This document shows positions 19,989 through 29,559 of a stretch of DNA of 64,000 bases, one piece after another (position 1 is the stretch's first letter; every line of letters starts with the position of its first letter). Under the pieces are notes generated by a model. The model searched no databases. It worked only from the letters and a program-made list of their open reading frames with translations, and was not told the origin of the DNA. Source of the stretch: a virus; IMG/VR virus record IMGVR_UViG_3300047491_001293, positions 20,312 through 84,311 of that record; one strand, 5' to 3'. Position numbers and translations under genes: made by a program.

Positions 19989-20663
19989 TCACCATGTAAA
20001 TATGCCTTTTCTGACACTTTGCGGCTTTGTCGCAGTTGATGGACTTTCCCTCTTCTGAGCCTTTAGCTGTTTCTTACGATCAACATCCTTGGCCGAAAAT
20101 TTTGACATTTCAAACTCAAACCTTGCCCCCAGAAGCTCTTGCAGCAAGTCGGTGTGGACATAGTAATCCATACCAAGAGAATTTTCAACCAGTTGGTAGC
20201 CAGCTGGACGCAAGAAAATTGTGTACAGCTTGTGGTATACGGACTTTTGGTCAACTGTCGATCCATAAAACTGTAGGACTTTTGGCCTTTCAACCTCAAT
20301 CAAGGTTTTCACGGCACTGATCACCTCGGTTATGACATGGGTCGGACTTGCGCTTTTTCCAGTAGGCAGGTAGGCACGAACTGGGTGTGAATCGGATTCT
20401 TCCTTGAATGAAATGTTGAAACCCTTGACGCTTTTTATTTTTGACAATGCCTCATGGCCACGGATGCCAAGGTCATGACCCAAGTCGGCAGCCATAAATG
20501 CTTTTGGTATTGGCTGGATCATGACCTCAAAATATCCCATCTTGCCAGACTTGCTTGGTGAGCTGAATGTGTGCGTGAGGACATCACCATGCCTCTGCAG
20601 CGCAACGGGACTGCTGGATGCAATCACCTCGACAATGTGAAAAAACTCAAAGAAACGAATCAT
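19989..20663 (-). CDS. Hypothetical late protein sharing a domain with 25257-27542
   Basis: Start MIRFFEFF 4 nt after TATATA; FNISF...VISAVKTLIEVERP...VY segment. Confidence 0.65.
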   Translation of the reverse strand: MIRFFEFFHIVEVIASSSPVALQRHGDVLTHTFSSPSKSGKMGYFEVMIQPIPKAFMAADLGHDLGIRGHEALSKIKSVKGFNISFKEESDSHPVRAYLPTGKSASPTHVITEVISAVKTLIEVERPKVLQFYGSTVDQKSVYHKLYTIFLRPAGYQLVENSLGMDYYVHTDLLQELLGARFEFEMSKFSAKDVDRKKQLKAQKRESPSTATKPQSVRKGIFTW

Positions 20664-20714
20664 AATGTATATATGGGGACATAAATATTTCATCCATTAC
20701 AGTTAGGGGAAGAT

Positions 20715-21554
20715 ATGAAAGGCTTTACACATTTTATAGAGACACAAGAGTTGGCCCAAGAACTTTTAAAAATGGGACTGAACCCTTCAAATTATGATTT
20801 GGACAGGATGATAAATGAGGTCGACTGGAAAAAAGCCATTGCGACTGGGGTCTTGGCAGTGGCTCCATTCATAAGTGGCGCAAAACACAAGGATATTCCA
20901 GACAAGCAGCCACAGCCATACACATACAACATCCAGAGATCCTACGAGGATGAACTTTCCATAAAGGCAAAGCAGGATGACAAGAAATACCTTGCAGCCG
21001 GCGGCCCAAGGTTTGAGGGATCGGTTCCAGGCGCCAATCAATTCGTAAAGTTCAGGAAATCAGAGGCTCACCGTGACATTATCGAAAAGGCCGGTCTTGA
21101 TGCCGATTACATACCATCAAATGTGAAGGAATTCGTGTTTGGCTCAAAAATCCAAAGCGTGCACAAGCACTCGGAGACAAGCGGGAGGATTGAAGATTTC
21201 AAGAGCGGAGTGGTCAAGACCCTTGGAAGAGACAGCTTCGTTGAGATAATCAAATCAGAGAAATTGAAAAATGGTGGATCCTTCATATCCGCCAACATAA
21301 GCGGTGTCATCATGGCCATGGACCAGCAGGATGCCGAAAGAAGGGTGGAAAGCCAAATCGAGAACATAATCAGAGCGAATGGATTTGACTTGAATGGCAT
21401 GTCAGTGAAGGTCCATCGTGAATTCAAGCATGTTGAGCCAGCGCCAAGAAGCACCATAGACTACAAACAAGCACGAGAATGGTACACCGAGTCAAATGGT
21501 GTCAACAAGTTCAAATACAATGCAAGTGTGAGTTTCACCATCAAGCCAAACTAA
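20715..21554 (+). CDS. Hypothetical late protein
   Basis: MKGFTHFIE; NEVDWKKAIATGVLA; TAAATA at 20682-20687 and AGGGG SD. Confidence 0.7.
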   Translation: MKGFTHFIETQELAQELLKMGLNPSNYDLDRMINEVDWKKAIATGVLAVAPFISGAKHKDIPDKQPQPYTYNIQRSYEDELSIKAKQDDKKYLAAGGPRFEGSVPGANQFVKFRKSEAHRDIIEKAGLDADYIPSNVKEFVFGSKIQSVHKHSETSGRIEDFKSGVVKTLGRDSFVEIIKSEKLKNGGSFISANISGVIMAMDQQDAERRVESQIENIIRANGFDLNGMSVKVHREFKHVEPAPRSTIDYKQAREWYTESNGVNKFKYNASVSFTIKPN

Positions 21555-22363
21555 AACATTTTATCAAGCCAGAGCATGGCTGGAAGATATTGTTTTGGCC
21601 ACAGATAATACCCGAATGCATTCAAGAATTCAACTTTTGGATTCCTGGATTTTTTTATTGTGTCTTTTATGTTCTTGAGATTTTCAAATTTCAAATATGG
21701 ATGCCTTTTCAATAGTCTTTCCCAGAAAACATCTGGATCAAATTTATCCTCTGGCATGAAAAGCTTATCTGATTTCTGCCCAGATCCATATTCATTGGCA
21801 AATTCATCTGGTGTGATTTTTTTACCTTTAACATAAAAAGCTTTTATTCTACTTGGATTCAAGTCGCCAACAAACAAGGCTTGGTTTTCCGTGGAAACGA
21901 AAAGCAAATAGGCCATGTATGGGTTGTCACTTTCCCTGACAAAGCTAGGCAAATCTTTGTTCTGCTTGAATTCCATCTCAAACTTTTTCTTTGCTTTTAT
22001 TCTTTCAATATTGCCCTTGAAAACTTGCACATACTGGCCTTGGATTCCATATGAACCACTTGGCCACACTGGCGGCTCAAGCTCTTCGTATTTGGCAACA
22101 AACTCAACAACAACACCATCAGAACCAATAAACTTCTCCGCCGTTTTTACATCAAGAGTCACGAAAAGACCTTTGGGGTTGGTGGCCGCCTCATAAGAGT
22201 ATCTTCTCTTGGCTCTGACTTTACCTGACAATCCTTGAGTTGCCAAATTGATGGCATCATTGATGTCGTTGAAACCATGATACACAGTCAGAGTGTCGCC
22301 TTTCTTCAAGGGTTCAGTGGAGTCAAGCTGGTGATGGGTTTCAAGCCATAGTTTAAAGTTCAT
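21551..22363 (-). CDS. Putative ADP-ribosyltransferase-fold protein
   Basis: VYHGF...GLFVTLD.KTAEKF...VVVEF...ENQALF; N-terminus MNFKLWLE. Confidence 0.5.
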   Translation of the reverse strand: MNFKLWLETHHQLDSTEPLKKGDTLTVYHGFNDINDAINLATQGLSGKVRAKRRYSYEAATNPKGLFVTLDVKTAEKFIGSDGVVVEFVAKYEELEPPVWPSGSYGIQGQYVQVFKGNIERIKAKKKFEMEFKQNKDLPSFVRESDNPYMAYLLFVSTENQALFVGDLNPSRIKAFYVKGKKITPDEFANEYGSGQKSDKLFMPEDKFDPDVFWERLLKRHPYLKFENLKNIKDTIKKSRNPKVEFLNAFGYYLWPKQYLPAMLWLDKMF

Positions 22364-22456
22364 GATTTATTTACCCAACAACGGTTAACACCTGAATGTT
22401 TTATTGAGGTTTTCACAAAAAAGACGATAAATACCATCAACGACAAAGGAAAAACC

Positions 22457-23230
22457 ATGGCGAACTTTCTGCGAAAAGAATACATCTATGATGATGGCTA
22501 CTTAATGGATGCCGACAGCGACATCGACAAGGGTCATGAGGAGCATGTGATTGATGCCATCTGTAGGATGTATGCCTATGATTTTGCTGAAATCGCAGAA
22601 GAAATATTGGATAAAAAATTCAACAGAGAAGACCTAAGTGGTGATGAAAACAAAATAAAGATGGAAATTGAAGATTACATAAATCAAATAAAAGAATACG
22701 GGGAAGGACAAGAACCCGGCGCAATATACGGAATTTACAAAATCATAAGATCTATAGAACCAAGACTAGTTTCAAACCCAAAACTGCAGGAGGCCATGAA
22801 TGCATTGTACGGCGACTCAAGGATGTTTGGGTGCAAACATCTTGGATACATAATCATCCGTGGCAACAATTTTGAGGTCTGGAGACTTGATCCGGGAACA
22901 TCGAAAAAAATCGTTGATGCCGTTCACGAAATTGCCAATCAGGATGGATATGGGGTCAGTGACGATGAGATTTCAGAACAAGAAATAAATGTATACTCAT
23001 ATGAGACAGAAAAATCAAGAACCTACACGGTAGGAGAATTACAAGGGGGCGGCCTTTTAAAGACAGCATCAATACCAAGCACAAAGGCAAATGTGTACAT
23101 ACCACCGCTCAAAAAGAAACAATCATTCACCACGAAAAGATTGGGCGGAATGCCTCAAAGCATGTATCATAGCATGGTAAGCACGAGCGAATGGCTATCA
23201 TTCAAAGAATGGATTTCAAGGTTTGAGTAA
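22457..23230 (+). CDS. Hypothetical late protein
   Basis: TAAATA at 22428-22433, AAGGA SD; C-terminal LSFKEWI..E. Confidence 0.7.
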   Translation: MANFLRKEYIYDDGYLMDADSDIDKGHEEHVIDAICRMYAYDFAEIAEEILDKKFNREDLSGDENKIKMEIEDYINQIKEYGEGQEPGAIYGIYKIIRSIEPRLVSNPKLQEAMNALYGDSRMFGCKHLGYIIIRGNNFEVWRLDPGTSKKIVDAVHEIANQDGYGVSDDEISEQEINVYSYETEKSRTYTVGELQGGGLLKTASIPSTKANVYIPPLKKKQSFTTKRLGGMPQSMYHSMVSTSEWLSFKEWISRFE

Positions 23231-23231
23231 A

Positions 23232-23993
23232 TTACAAACCGTTGCCGCCATTGTTGAAACCACCACCAAAACCGAATTGATTGTTGCCAAATTGGTTGTT
23301 CCCAAACTGGTTATTGCCAAACCCACCATTGTTAAATTGTCCAAATTGACCATATCCAAACTGCCCACCGCCAAATTGTCCACCACTTGAAAAAGCACTT
23401 CCGCTTACTCCGGCGGTAATTCCTTGCATTGCCATCTGATAATATGGATTGTCAAAACCAATTGGCCTTCCACTCATGCCCATGCCATTTCCTTGAAAAA
23501 AACCACCATTGTTTTGATTAAATCCTCCACCAAACTGACCACCTCCAAATACGCCTTGGTTTAATACACCACCAAACTGACCTCCAAATCCACCTTGATT
23601 GAATCCCCCTCCAAATTGATTGCCTTGATTAAACACGCCTCCAGACTGGACGAATCCAGTAGACAGTGGAATTTGGTAAAGCTGATGTATTCTCATGCCA
23701 GGCGTGTTGTTTTGTGTGTACTGTATTGTCCCCTGGACACCACCTGAATTTTGGCTAAAAACACCGCCACCAATACCAGTGGAGCCACCAATTATGCTGT
23801 TCCCTGTGTTGAAATTTACATTCTGGTTGGCGATCTGTGGCTGAACTGTGTTGTTTAAAGGCGGTGGCATAAGCGGCGCTGGCGGCAGAATCATTCTGTA
23901 GCGCTGAGCCAATGTTGCCTTGTTTGTGCCAAACAATAAGGTAAAAAGAACCAAAATTTTCAGTATTGCTTTGATTGTGTTATTTGCATGCAT
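23232..23993 (-). CDS. Secreted Gly/Phe/Gln/Asn low-complexity protein
   Basis: Signal-peptide-like KILVLFTLLFG..ATLA; GGQFG, GGFNQ and GNNQF repeats; start uncertain. Confidence 0.6.
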   Translation of the reverse strand: MHANNTIKAILKILVLFTLLFGTNKATLAQRYRMILPPAPLMPPPLNNTVQPQIANQNVNFNTGNSIIGGSTGIGGGVFSQNSGGVQGTIQYTQNNTPGMRIHQLYQIPLSTGFVQSGGVFNQGNQFGGGFNQGGFGGQFGGVLNQGVFGGGQFGGGFNQNNGGFFQGNGMGMSGRPIGFDNPYYQMAMQGITAGVSGSAFSSGGQFGGGQFGYGQFGQFNNGGFGNNQFGNNQFGNNQFGFGGGFNNGGNGL

Positions 23994-24022
23994 TTTGCCC
24001 CATGTTGCTGTAAATGTGTCTA

Positions 24023-24568
24023 TCACGACCCGAGGCCGCAAAGACTGTAAAGGTTTTCAAAAGCCAATTGGTCTGCATTCTCAATTATGTGCAGGCCACC
24101 ACCAATGTATTTACTCAGGAAGCCATCCATCCTCAATCGCAGTTCGTCAAGCTGGGCCTCATTGTGGTGCCTCCCAGAGGCGCTGTACGAGCTGTTGCTG
24201 TTCTTGCGTATGTAAAAATTGACACTGGGAAATGTGGACTCAAAGATTGCATGGAGGTCGATCAGTGGCTCAAGGAATTTACTGTTGTGAATGTCTGAAT
24301 AGAATGCGTTCAACAGAATTGGTGAGTCTGTTATCACAAATTCAACCTTATTGCGGTGAAGAAGCGTGTCCTCACGGTGCATCTGGCTGGCGGTCAAGTA
24401 TATCTGGTCAAATGACTTTATCTGCCTGTCTGTGTACGCCCAATCCCTTGCAAGCTCAGAAATGAGCTCACAGATGTGCCCATTTGACTTGCAGAAATGG
24501 AAGAAACCCGTGGCCACGGTTGTCTTGCCAACCGATGGAACGCCAAAAAAATTGATGCGCTTAACCAT
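24023..24568 (-). CDS. P-loop kinase/ATPase (NadR/AAA_28-like)
   Basis: INFFGVPSVGKTT, ELARD, ITDSPILL, GRHH; GGAG SD. Confidence 0.8.
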   Translation of the reverse strand: MVKRINFFGVPSVGKTTVATGFFHFCKSNGHICELISELARDWAYTDRQIKSFDQIYLTASQMHREDTLLHRNKVEFVITDSPILLNAFYSDIHNSKFLEPLIDLHAIFESTFPSVNFYIRKNSNSSYSASGRHHNEAQLDELRLRMDGFLSKYIGGGLHIIENADQLAFENLYSLCGLGS

Positions 24569-24666
24569 TTTAACCGCTCCCCCTTAGATGATAACCAGAT
24601 AATAGCAAAAACTTGCAAAGTCAACAAATGATATAAAAATTTATAAATGAAACATAAATAGGGCAA

Positions 24667-24713
24667 GGTCTGGACCTGAGTAGGACGGACCAACTGGGCG
24701 TAAAACGACAGTT
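24667..24713 (+). promoter_or_regulatory. Twin hairpins in the hsp20 5' leader
   Basis: GGUCUG-GA-CCU-GAGU-AGG-A-CGGACC then AACUG-GG-CGU-AAA-ACG-A-CAGUU, following TAAATA at 24655-24660. Confidence 0.5.
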
Positions 24714-24737
24714 TAACCAACAAAAAGGAGGTGCGCA

Positions 24738-25208
24738 ATGCACTTGTTACCGTCACGCCGAGATGATTTTCTTTTCCCAATCGAAGCCCACTTCAACAAG
24801 ATTTTTGACCAGTTCCTCACTGGGAGCAGCCTCAAGGACTCGCTAAAGGCGACACAAGGCTACCCCAAGATGGACATGTATGAGGATGGCGAATCCCTCA
24901 CCGTAAAGGTTGCCGTTCCTGGCCTCAAGCTTGAGGATCTATCCGTTGATCTGGACAGGTCAAAGGGTCTGGCTGAGCTAACCATAGCCGGCAAGCTGTC
25001 CGAGGTTTCAAGATCAAAGGCATCGGCATTCTATGTCAAGGAGCTTCGCCAGTCCGCCTTCAAGAGGACGGTGGCGCTGCCAGACTATGTCAAGGATGAC
25101 CCAGATGCAATTCTTGAGGATGGTATCCTGACCCTGCGGTGGGATCTGCCAGAGAGGCAAAAAGATGTCGAGGTTAAGAGGATTACCATCAAGCAGAAGC
25201 CAAAATAG
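24738..25208 (+). CDS. Small heat-shock protein (Hsp20/alpha-crystallin)
   Basis: YPKMDMYED, VAVPGL, FKRTVALP, AILEDGILTL; AAGGAGG SD. Confidence 0.93.
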   Translation: MHLLPSRRDDFLFPIEAHFNKIFDQFLTGSSLKDSLKATQGYPKMDMYEDGESLTVKVAVPGLKLEDLSVDLDRSKGLAELTIAGKLSEVSRSKASAFYVKELRQSAFKRTVALPDYVKDDPDAILEDGILTLRWDLPERQKDVEVKRITIKQKPK

Positions 25209-25229
25209 GTTTCATAGTAGAAATTTGCA

Positions 25230-25258
25230 CGGGCGCCAGGATGGTGCCCGTTTTTTTT
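25230..25258 (+). terminator. Rho-independent terminator after hsp20
   Basis: CGGGCGCC-N5-GGTGCCCG followed by T8. Confidence 0.85.
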
Positions 25259-27542
25259 ACAATGTAGATCCAATGTTCTGACTGGTGGACACGACTGGAA
25301 TCAGCGTGGACACCTTGGCTGTGAACTGCTGCCCATCATCTGTGGATATCACGGCGGATTGTGCGCCACGGATCATTCTGAATGAAGCGATCCTTCCACT
25401 TTTTCCATAGTTCAATCCACTGGAAACAAAAACCTTATCGCCAATCCCAAAGTTTCCACCGTCCAAACCTTGCTGCCTCTCACTTGGCTGGTTTGCAGCA
25501 CTGGATGTATCCCTCTGAATGTATGTCACTGGCAGCTCAACAGCTCTTGACACACCTGGTCCTGATCTTGCGTTAAGGACCCTCAGCGATGCATAAAGAA
25601 TGTTGTTCTTTATTCTCATGCTGGTAATGACACCCTTCTTCTTGTTGCCAACAGAGAAATGCGAAACTATGAAGTGATCACCAGGCTTTAACCTCTCCCT
25701 ATTGTGCGGGTGCGAAAGTATTGCATCAAGGTTTGCCGGGGTTTGAATCTTTATCTCCTCTTTTTCACCGTCATCCATATTTTCAATGTCGTCCCTCTTG
25801 GCTCTCCTATCTTCCTTCTTTTCCTTTCTCAAGAGATCGGCATCGATTTCGGCGTCTGAACTCAAAAACCTTGGCCACATCTTGACAGTCTCATCATCCC
25901 ACTGGACCTTGACTCTCAAATCAAACACAATGTCGTCCAGTGAACCAACGCCTCTTGTGCGCAGCGAGAACGACAAAACCTTGCCCCTTTGCTTCAATTC
26001 CCTCCGCATTGGATCAATCGACCCAATCACGGTGTCGCCTTCCTTGTAGTCGATTCCTTCTGACCTCCTCTTCTCCTCAATCTTGCCCTTGTACCATTTG
26101 ATGTGATCTCGGACAGAATCAACCTTGGTCAATAGCAACAAATCAACCTGATTGTCAGACTCCTCCTCAATGTCAAACTCGGCGCTGGTTGGGTTTTTTT
26201 GGAACTGCAGTTTGGCCATGACCTGATCTGATCTCTCGTTGATGATTGAAAACCCAAGAACCTTGAAGCACTTCAATGCATATGGGGCGAACTCACGCCT
26301 TATATAGTTGAAACGGGCAATGTCGCCAACCTTGATTCCACTTGGATTGTTGGCTCTGTCCGCAGCAAGCGCATTGGCACGAGCCGCCATGCGTTCAGCC
26401 CTGTTGCGCCGTGCGACTTGCATTGACCTCTCAATGTCATCGTCAATGTCCTGCATCATATCCGTGCGTATTCTTGAGAGCAATCCAAATGGGTTGCTCA
26501 TGGAGTTTATCTTTTGGCTCAGCACCTCAAATGCCTTTGACTTGACGAAGCCGTCACTGTCTGCGTTGACATCGATGCTGCTGTACACTGTTTCGCCAGA
26601 GTCATTCTTGACTATGTCGCCATCCTTGTTCCTCTTGGGGATCAAGATAGTTTTTGGAACCTCTGGGAAACCTTGAGGTACAAAATTTTTGTCATACGCA
26701 TCACGGTTGATCCAATTGCCAAAGATGCCAACAAACTTGTCGGGGAAAAGGTTCTTTATGCTCCATGTCTCATACACATTTTTTCTTGCCGAAACTGTCT
26801 GGCTCCTAAACTTATCAATCTGCTCTGGCGTCCTTTTTATCTTTGCTGCACGCACGGCCCCAGATATGTCGGTCTTTTCGACTGGCGTCCAAGACATGCT
26901 AACAGGTTTCAATGTCTTTATGTACTCACCAACGGCATGCATGACCCCGGCAAAGACACCTGGGCCGATTGGAACCTTTATGGTCTCCACGGATCCATCA
27001 CTCTTCTTTCGGTACATCTTCCTTGTGATCTTCATATCCGTGTATTCACCGCCACGGAAGAATGATATTGACACGACACGCCTTGGGTCGCCAGATATGT
27101 TGACTGAGTAACAGGTGGGATTGTGGCCTCGGTAGCTAAGGCACCGACATGGATTCTCATTTCTTTCACTACATCCATCACCAAGAACATTGAACCTATA
27201 TGTGTAACTGTTACTTGGCACGACCTCACCAGAGTCAATGTCTGATCTTTTTGGCAGTGGCTCCAGCCAGTGTCCATCGTAAAACTTTTTGTCAAACTCC
27301 AGATCGCCAACCTTGGCCATGACGACATCGCCAGAATCCCTGTATACCTCCGCATCGTCACCATCTATGGACTTTATCACCCCATGGATCGTCTCGCCAT
27401 CAGCCTTGGCAATGACATCATCGCCAACCGCAAAGCTGCCAGATTTTTCCTCATGAAGGAGGCGCATCTGGCAATCAATAACTTCGGCAAGAAAATCAAA
27501 CTTTGACTCTTCGTTGGCGAGGAATTTCCTGAAATCACGCAT
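25257..27542 (-). CDS. Large protein with repeated SH3/KOW-like beta-barrels
   Basis: Repeats FAVGDDV, IKVGDIA, YKEGDTV, LKPGDHF, FGIGDKVFVSSGLNYGKSGRI; N-terminus MRDFRKFLANEE. Confidence 0.7.
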   Translation of the reverse strand: MRDFRKFLANEESKFDFLAEVIDCQMRLLHEEKSGSFAVGDDVIAKADGETIHGVIKSIDGDDAEVYRDSGDVVMAKVGDLEFDKKFYDGHWLEPLPKRSDIDSGEVVPSNSYTYRFNVLGDGCSERNENPCRCLSYRGHNPTCYSVNISGDPRRVVSISFFRGGEYTDMKITRKMYRKKSDGSVETIKVPIGPGVFAGVMHAVGEYIKTLKPVSMSWTPVEKTDISGAVRAAKIKRTPEQIDKFRSQTVSARKNVYETWSIKNLFPDKFVGIFGNWINRDAYDKNFVPQGFPEVPKTILIPKRNKDGDIVKNDSGETVYSSIDVNADSDGFVKSKAFEVLSQKINSMSNPFGLLSRIRTDMMQDIDDDIERSMQVARRNRAERMAARANALAADRANNPSGIKVGDIARFNYIRREFAPYALKCFKVLGFSIINERSDQVMAKLQFQKNPTSAEFDIEEESDNQVDLLLLTKVDSVRDHIKWYKGKIEEKRRSEGIDYKEGDTVIGSIDPMRRELKQRGKVLSFSLRTRGVGSLDDIVFDLRVKVQWDDETVKMWPRFLSSDAEIDADLLRKEKKEDRRAKRDDIENMDDGEKEEIKIQTPANLDAILSHPHNRERLKPGDHFIVSHFSVGNKKKGVITSMRIKNNILYASLRVLNARSGPGVSRAVELPVTYIQRDTSSAANQPSERQQGLDGGNFGIGDKVFVSSGLNYGKSGRIASFRMIRGAQSAVISTDDGQQFTAKVSTLIPVVSTSQNIGSTL

Positions 27543-27545
27543 GAA

Positions 27546-27752
27546 CTATATATTTTTTTTGCCAGAAGATTTGCGAATATATTTGCGAAGGAAGAAAAAT
27601 GCCTGGTCAATTGTCATTCTCTCCTCATCTTTTCCAGACCTGTGCTCTGGCATGATTATGTAAAAGCCATCGGAGTCAACCGTGGCGATGCCACGGCCAA
27701 CTAGGAATGAGTCAACCACGCTTTTCCTCACACTGTCAATCATGCTTTCCAT
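27546..27752 (-). CDS. Hypothetical protein
   Basis: 68 aa from MESMID, overlapping the upstream gene. Confidence 0.5.
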   Translation of the reverse strand: MESMIDSVRKSVVDSFLVGRGIATVDSDGFYIIMPEHRSGKDEERMTIDQAFFFLRKYIRKSSGKKNI

Positions 27753-27975
27753 TGTTGCGCCCACTGAGATCAAATCTGTACTTGTCTGAGAACACGCTTG
27801 GCGCCATTTCCCCAGCATTCTCTATGTCCAATGGGGTCGGGAAATGGCGCAAGGCATCCGCAGCTCTCTTCCTGATCTCCCTTGGAACCCTTGGAGTGGC
27901 CTTGGTGTCAAGAAGCTCAATCAAGAATTGCCTTGCCTTCAATATGCTGTTTGTTCTCTCATGCGGAAGGGTCAT
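27736..27975 (-). CDS. BPSL0761-like small protein
   Basis: MTLPHERT...RQFL...PRVP..IR..A...LRHFP. Confidence 0.7.
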   Translation of the reverse strand: MTLPHERTNSILKARQFLIELLDTKATPRVPREIRKRAADALRHFPTPLDIENAGEMAPSVFSDKYRFDLSGRNNGKHD

Positions 27976-27978
27976 GCT

Positions 27979-28230
27979 TCACTCCCATAGCCTGTACTTG
28001 TTGTATATGAGTTCCTCGCAATCCATCACAGCGGTTCTTTTTGCGTACTTCACTGGTGTGTAGAATTGCATGCCAGACTCATCGGTGTAATCTGGCTTTG
28101 TTTCACGCTCATGTATATAAAGTATGTCAATTATCTCAAGAGCAGTTCGCTTCCTAATGTGCGAAAGCTTGTAGAAATGGTATGATATAAGGCCAAAAAC
28201 CAGGACACCAAGCGTCACGACCCTGATCAT
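27979..28230 (-). CDS. Small membrane protein
   Basis: 83 aa from MIRVVTLG; N-terminal TM helix. Confidence 0.55.
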   Translation of the reverse strand: MIRVVTLGVLVFGLISYHFYKLSHIRKRTALEIIDILYIHERETKPDYTDESGMQFYTPVKYAKRTAVMDCEELIYNKYRLWE

Positions 28231-28231
28231 G

Positions 28232-28366
28232 TTACCACCCATCATTCTTGCTGCGAAACCATGTGTTCTGCCTATCGGAGATCCGACGCAACAGTATGCA
28301 GGTTCCAATGAATGCAAAAAAAACAGCACAAGAAGCACCCAGCAAAAAGCCAATGATGAATTCCAT
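28232..28366 (-). CDS. 44-aa membrane micropeptide (absent from ORF track)
   Basis: MEFIIGFLLGASCAVFFAFIGTCILLRRISDRQNTWFRSKNDGW; GAGGAG SD. Confidence 0.6.
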   Translation of the reverse strand: MEFIIGFLLGASCAVFFAFIGTCILLRRISDRQNTWFRSKNDGW

Positions 28367-28380
28367 GTCATCTCCTCAGA

Positions 28381-28680
28381 TCAAACAACCAGACCTTCCA
28401 TGATTCCATATATTGTTTTGCTATTTAGGAACTTGGGATTTATGTGGCTTGGAATTTTTATGCCACGGAAGAAATACTCCACCTTGCCACCCTTTGTCAA
28501 ATGCAAACCATGTTTGAGTCCGTGGCAATACCAAGTCGCCGTTGTGTCGGTCACAAGTGCTGGCTCTGTGTCGGAATGGAGACGGCCTTCTTCATCATAA
28601 ATTTCACGATTCTGGCCAAATGGGTATTCTAGGAAGCATGGGGCTACTCTTTCCTTCCATGACTCAATAATTTCATCCAT
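28381..28680 (-). CDS. GRLH..PA motif protein
   Basis: GRLHSDTEPAL..WYCHGLKHG resembles the N-terminus of 1685-2272; GAGG SD and TATAAT upstream. Confidence 0.65.
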   Translation of the reverse strand: MDEIIESWKERVAPCFLEYPFGQNREIYDEEGRLHSDTEPALVTDTTATWYCHGLKHGLHLTKGGKVEYFFRGIKIPSHINPKFLNSKTIYGIMEGLVV

Positions 28681-28744
28681 GATTCACCTCACTTCACAAA
28701 AATTATACTACACAAAGTGAAAATATAAAGTACATGATGGCTCT

Positions 28745-29038
28745 CTAAGCGAAATTGACTTCACCAGACTTTACATTCGCTATCGTGGCTATCTCTTGAA
28801 GCTTGATTTCAAGTACTTGATTTGTTGTCTCAAGGCTGGAAACCTTTTCACGCAATTTTTTGGACTCATTTTGAGATTTTAACACTTGTTGCTGCAAGTT
28901 TCCATTGTCATTGGTCAAAAGATTGATTTCATTCTGCAAATCTAAAATTTGCTTCTCAAGTTTGAAAACCTTGTCTTCAAAATCCAATATGACATTGTTT
29001 GCTGTGTTTTTTTCAAAAACCTTAAATATGTTGAACAT
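28745..29038 (-). CDS. Coiled-coil protein
   Basis: Heptad-rich 97 aa; AGGGGG SD. Confidence 0.6.
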   Translation of the reverse strand: MFNIFKVFEKNTANNVILDFEDKVFKLEKQILDLQNEINLLTNDNGNLQQQVLKSQNESKKLREKVSSLETTNQVLEIKLQEIATIANVKSGEVNFA

Positions 29039-29054
29039 ACAATCCCCCTTTTAA

Positions 29055-29219
29055 TTAAAGGAGTTTGTCGTCCAAATCTTCCACGATGTTTTCATCTGAG
29101 GCGAACCCATAAGGGCAGTTTTTACAGCCACCATGGCAACACCTTCCCCTGCGGAGGAGGAATTCACTCGTCAAAACCATGAGGCCATCCTCGTAATAAA
29201 AATCAATGCCCTCAACCAT
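29055..29219 (-). CDS. DUF5522-family Cys-rich protein
   Basis: EGIDFYYEDGLMVLT...RGRCCHGGCKNCPY. Confidence 0.8.
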   Translation of the reverse strand: MVEGIDFYYEDGLMVLTSEFLLRRGRCCHGGCKNCPYGFASDENIVEDLDDKLL

Positions 29220-29274
29220 ATTGATTTTCCCATGCGTCAAGAGTATCATGTCCCTAGAAAGAAGGGAGTCTGAC

Positions 29275-29559
29275 ATGTACATTTTTTCGGCAATTCTTTT
29301 CCTTGTTGGCCTATTGAGCGTCCCAATGGCTCTTGCATGCGTTTATGCCTCACATGGTCTCCTTGAGAGGAAAGATGGGAGTTTAAACTTCACACACATC
29401 ACAGTGTGGCTCTGTACCACACCACTGCCAGCGATATGCTTCATTGGGATGGCAGAGTGCTTGCTGAACGGGTCTTTCTATGTTGGGTGCTTTGGGGCCA
29501 TATTGGCTATAGTTGATGCGGCCATCATAGCGCCACTGTTGATAAGCAAAGAAATGTGA
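29275..29559 (+). CDS. Small multi-TM membrane protein
   Basis: 94 aa from MYIFS (GGGAG SD); three hydrophobic segments. Confidence 0.6.
   Translation: MYIFSAILFLVGLLSVPMALACVYASHGLLERKDGSLNFTHITVWLCTTPLPAICFIGMAECLLNGSFYVGCFGAILAIVDAAIIAPLLISKEM

Noticed and set aside
24661-24720. tRNA or known riboswitch
   Set aside because: No cloverleaf, T-loop or recognisable aptamer consensus; kept only as an unassigned leader structure
27979-28371. Single 130-aa ORF from the track
   Set aside because: Better explained as two genes, 28232-28366 (strong SD) and 27979-28230
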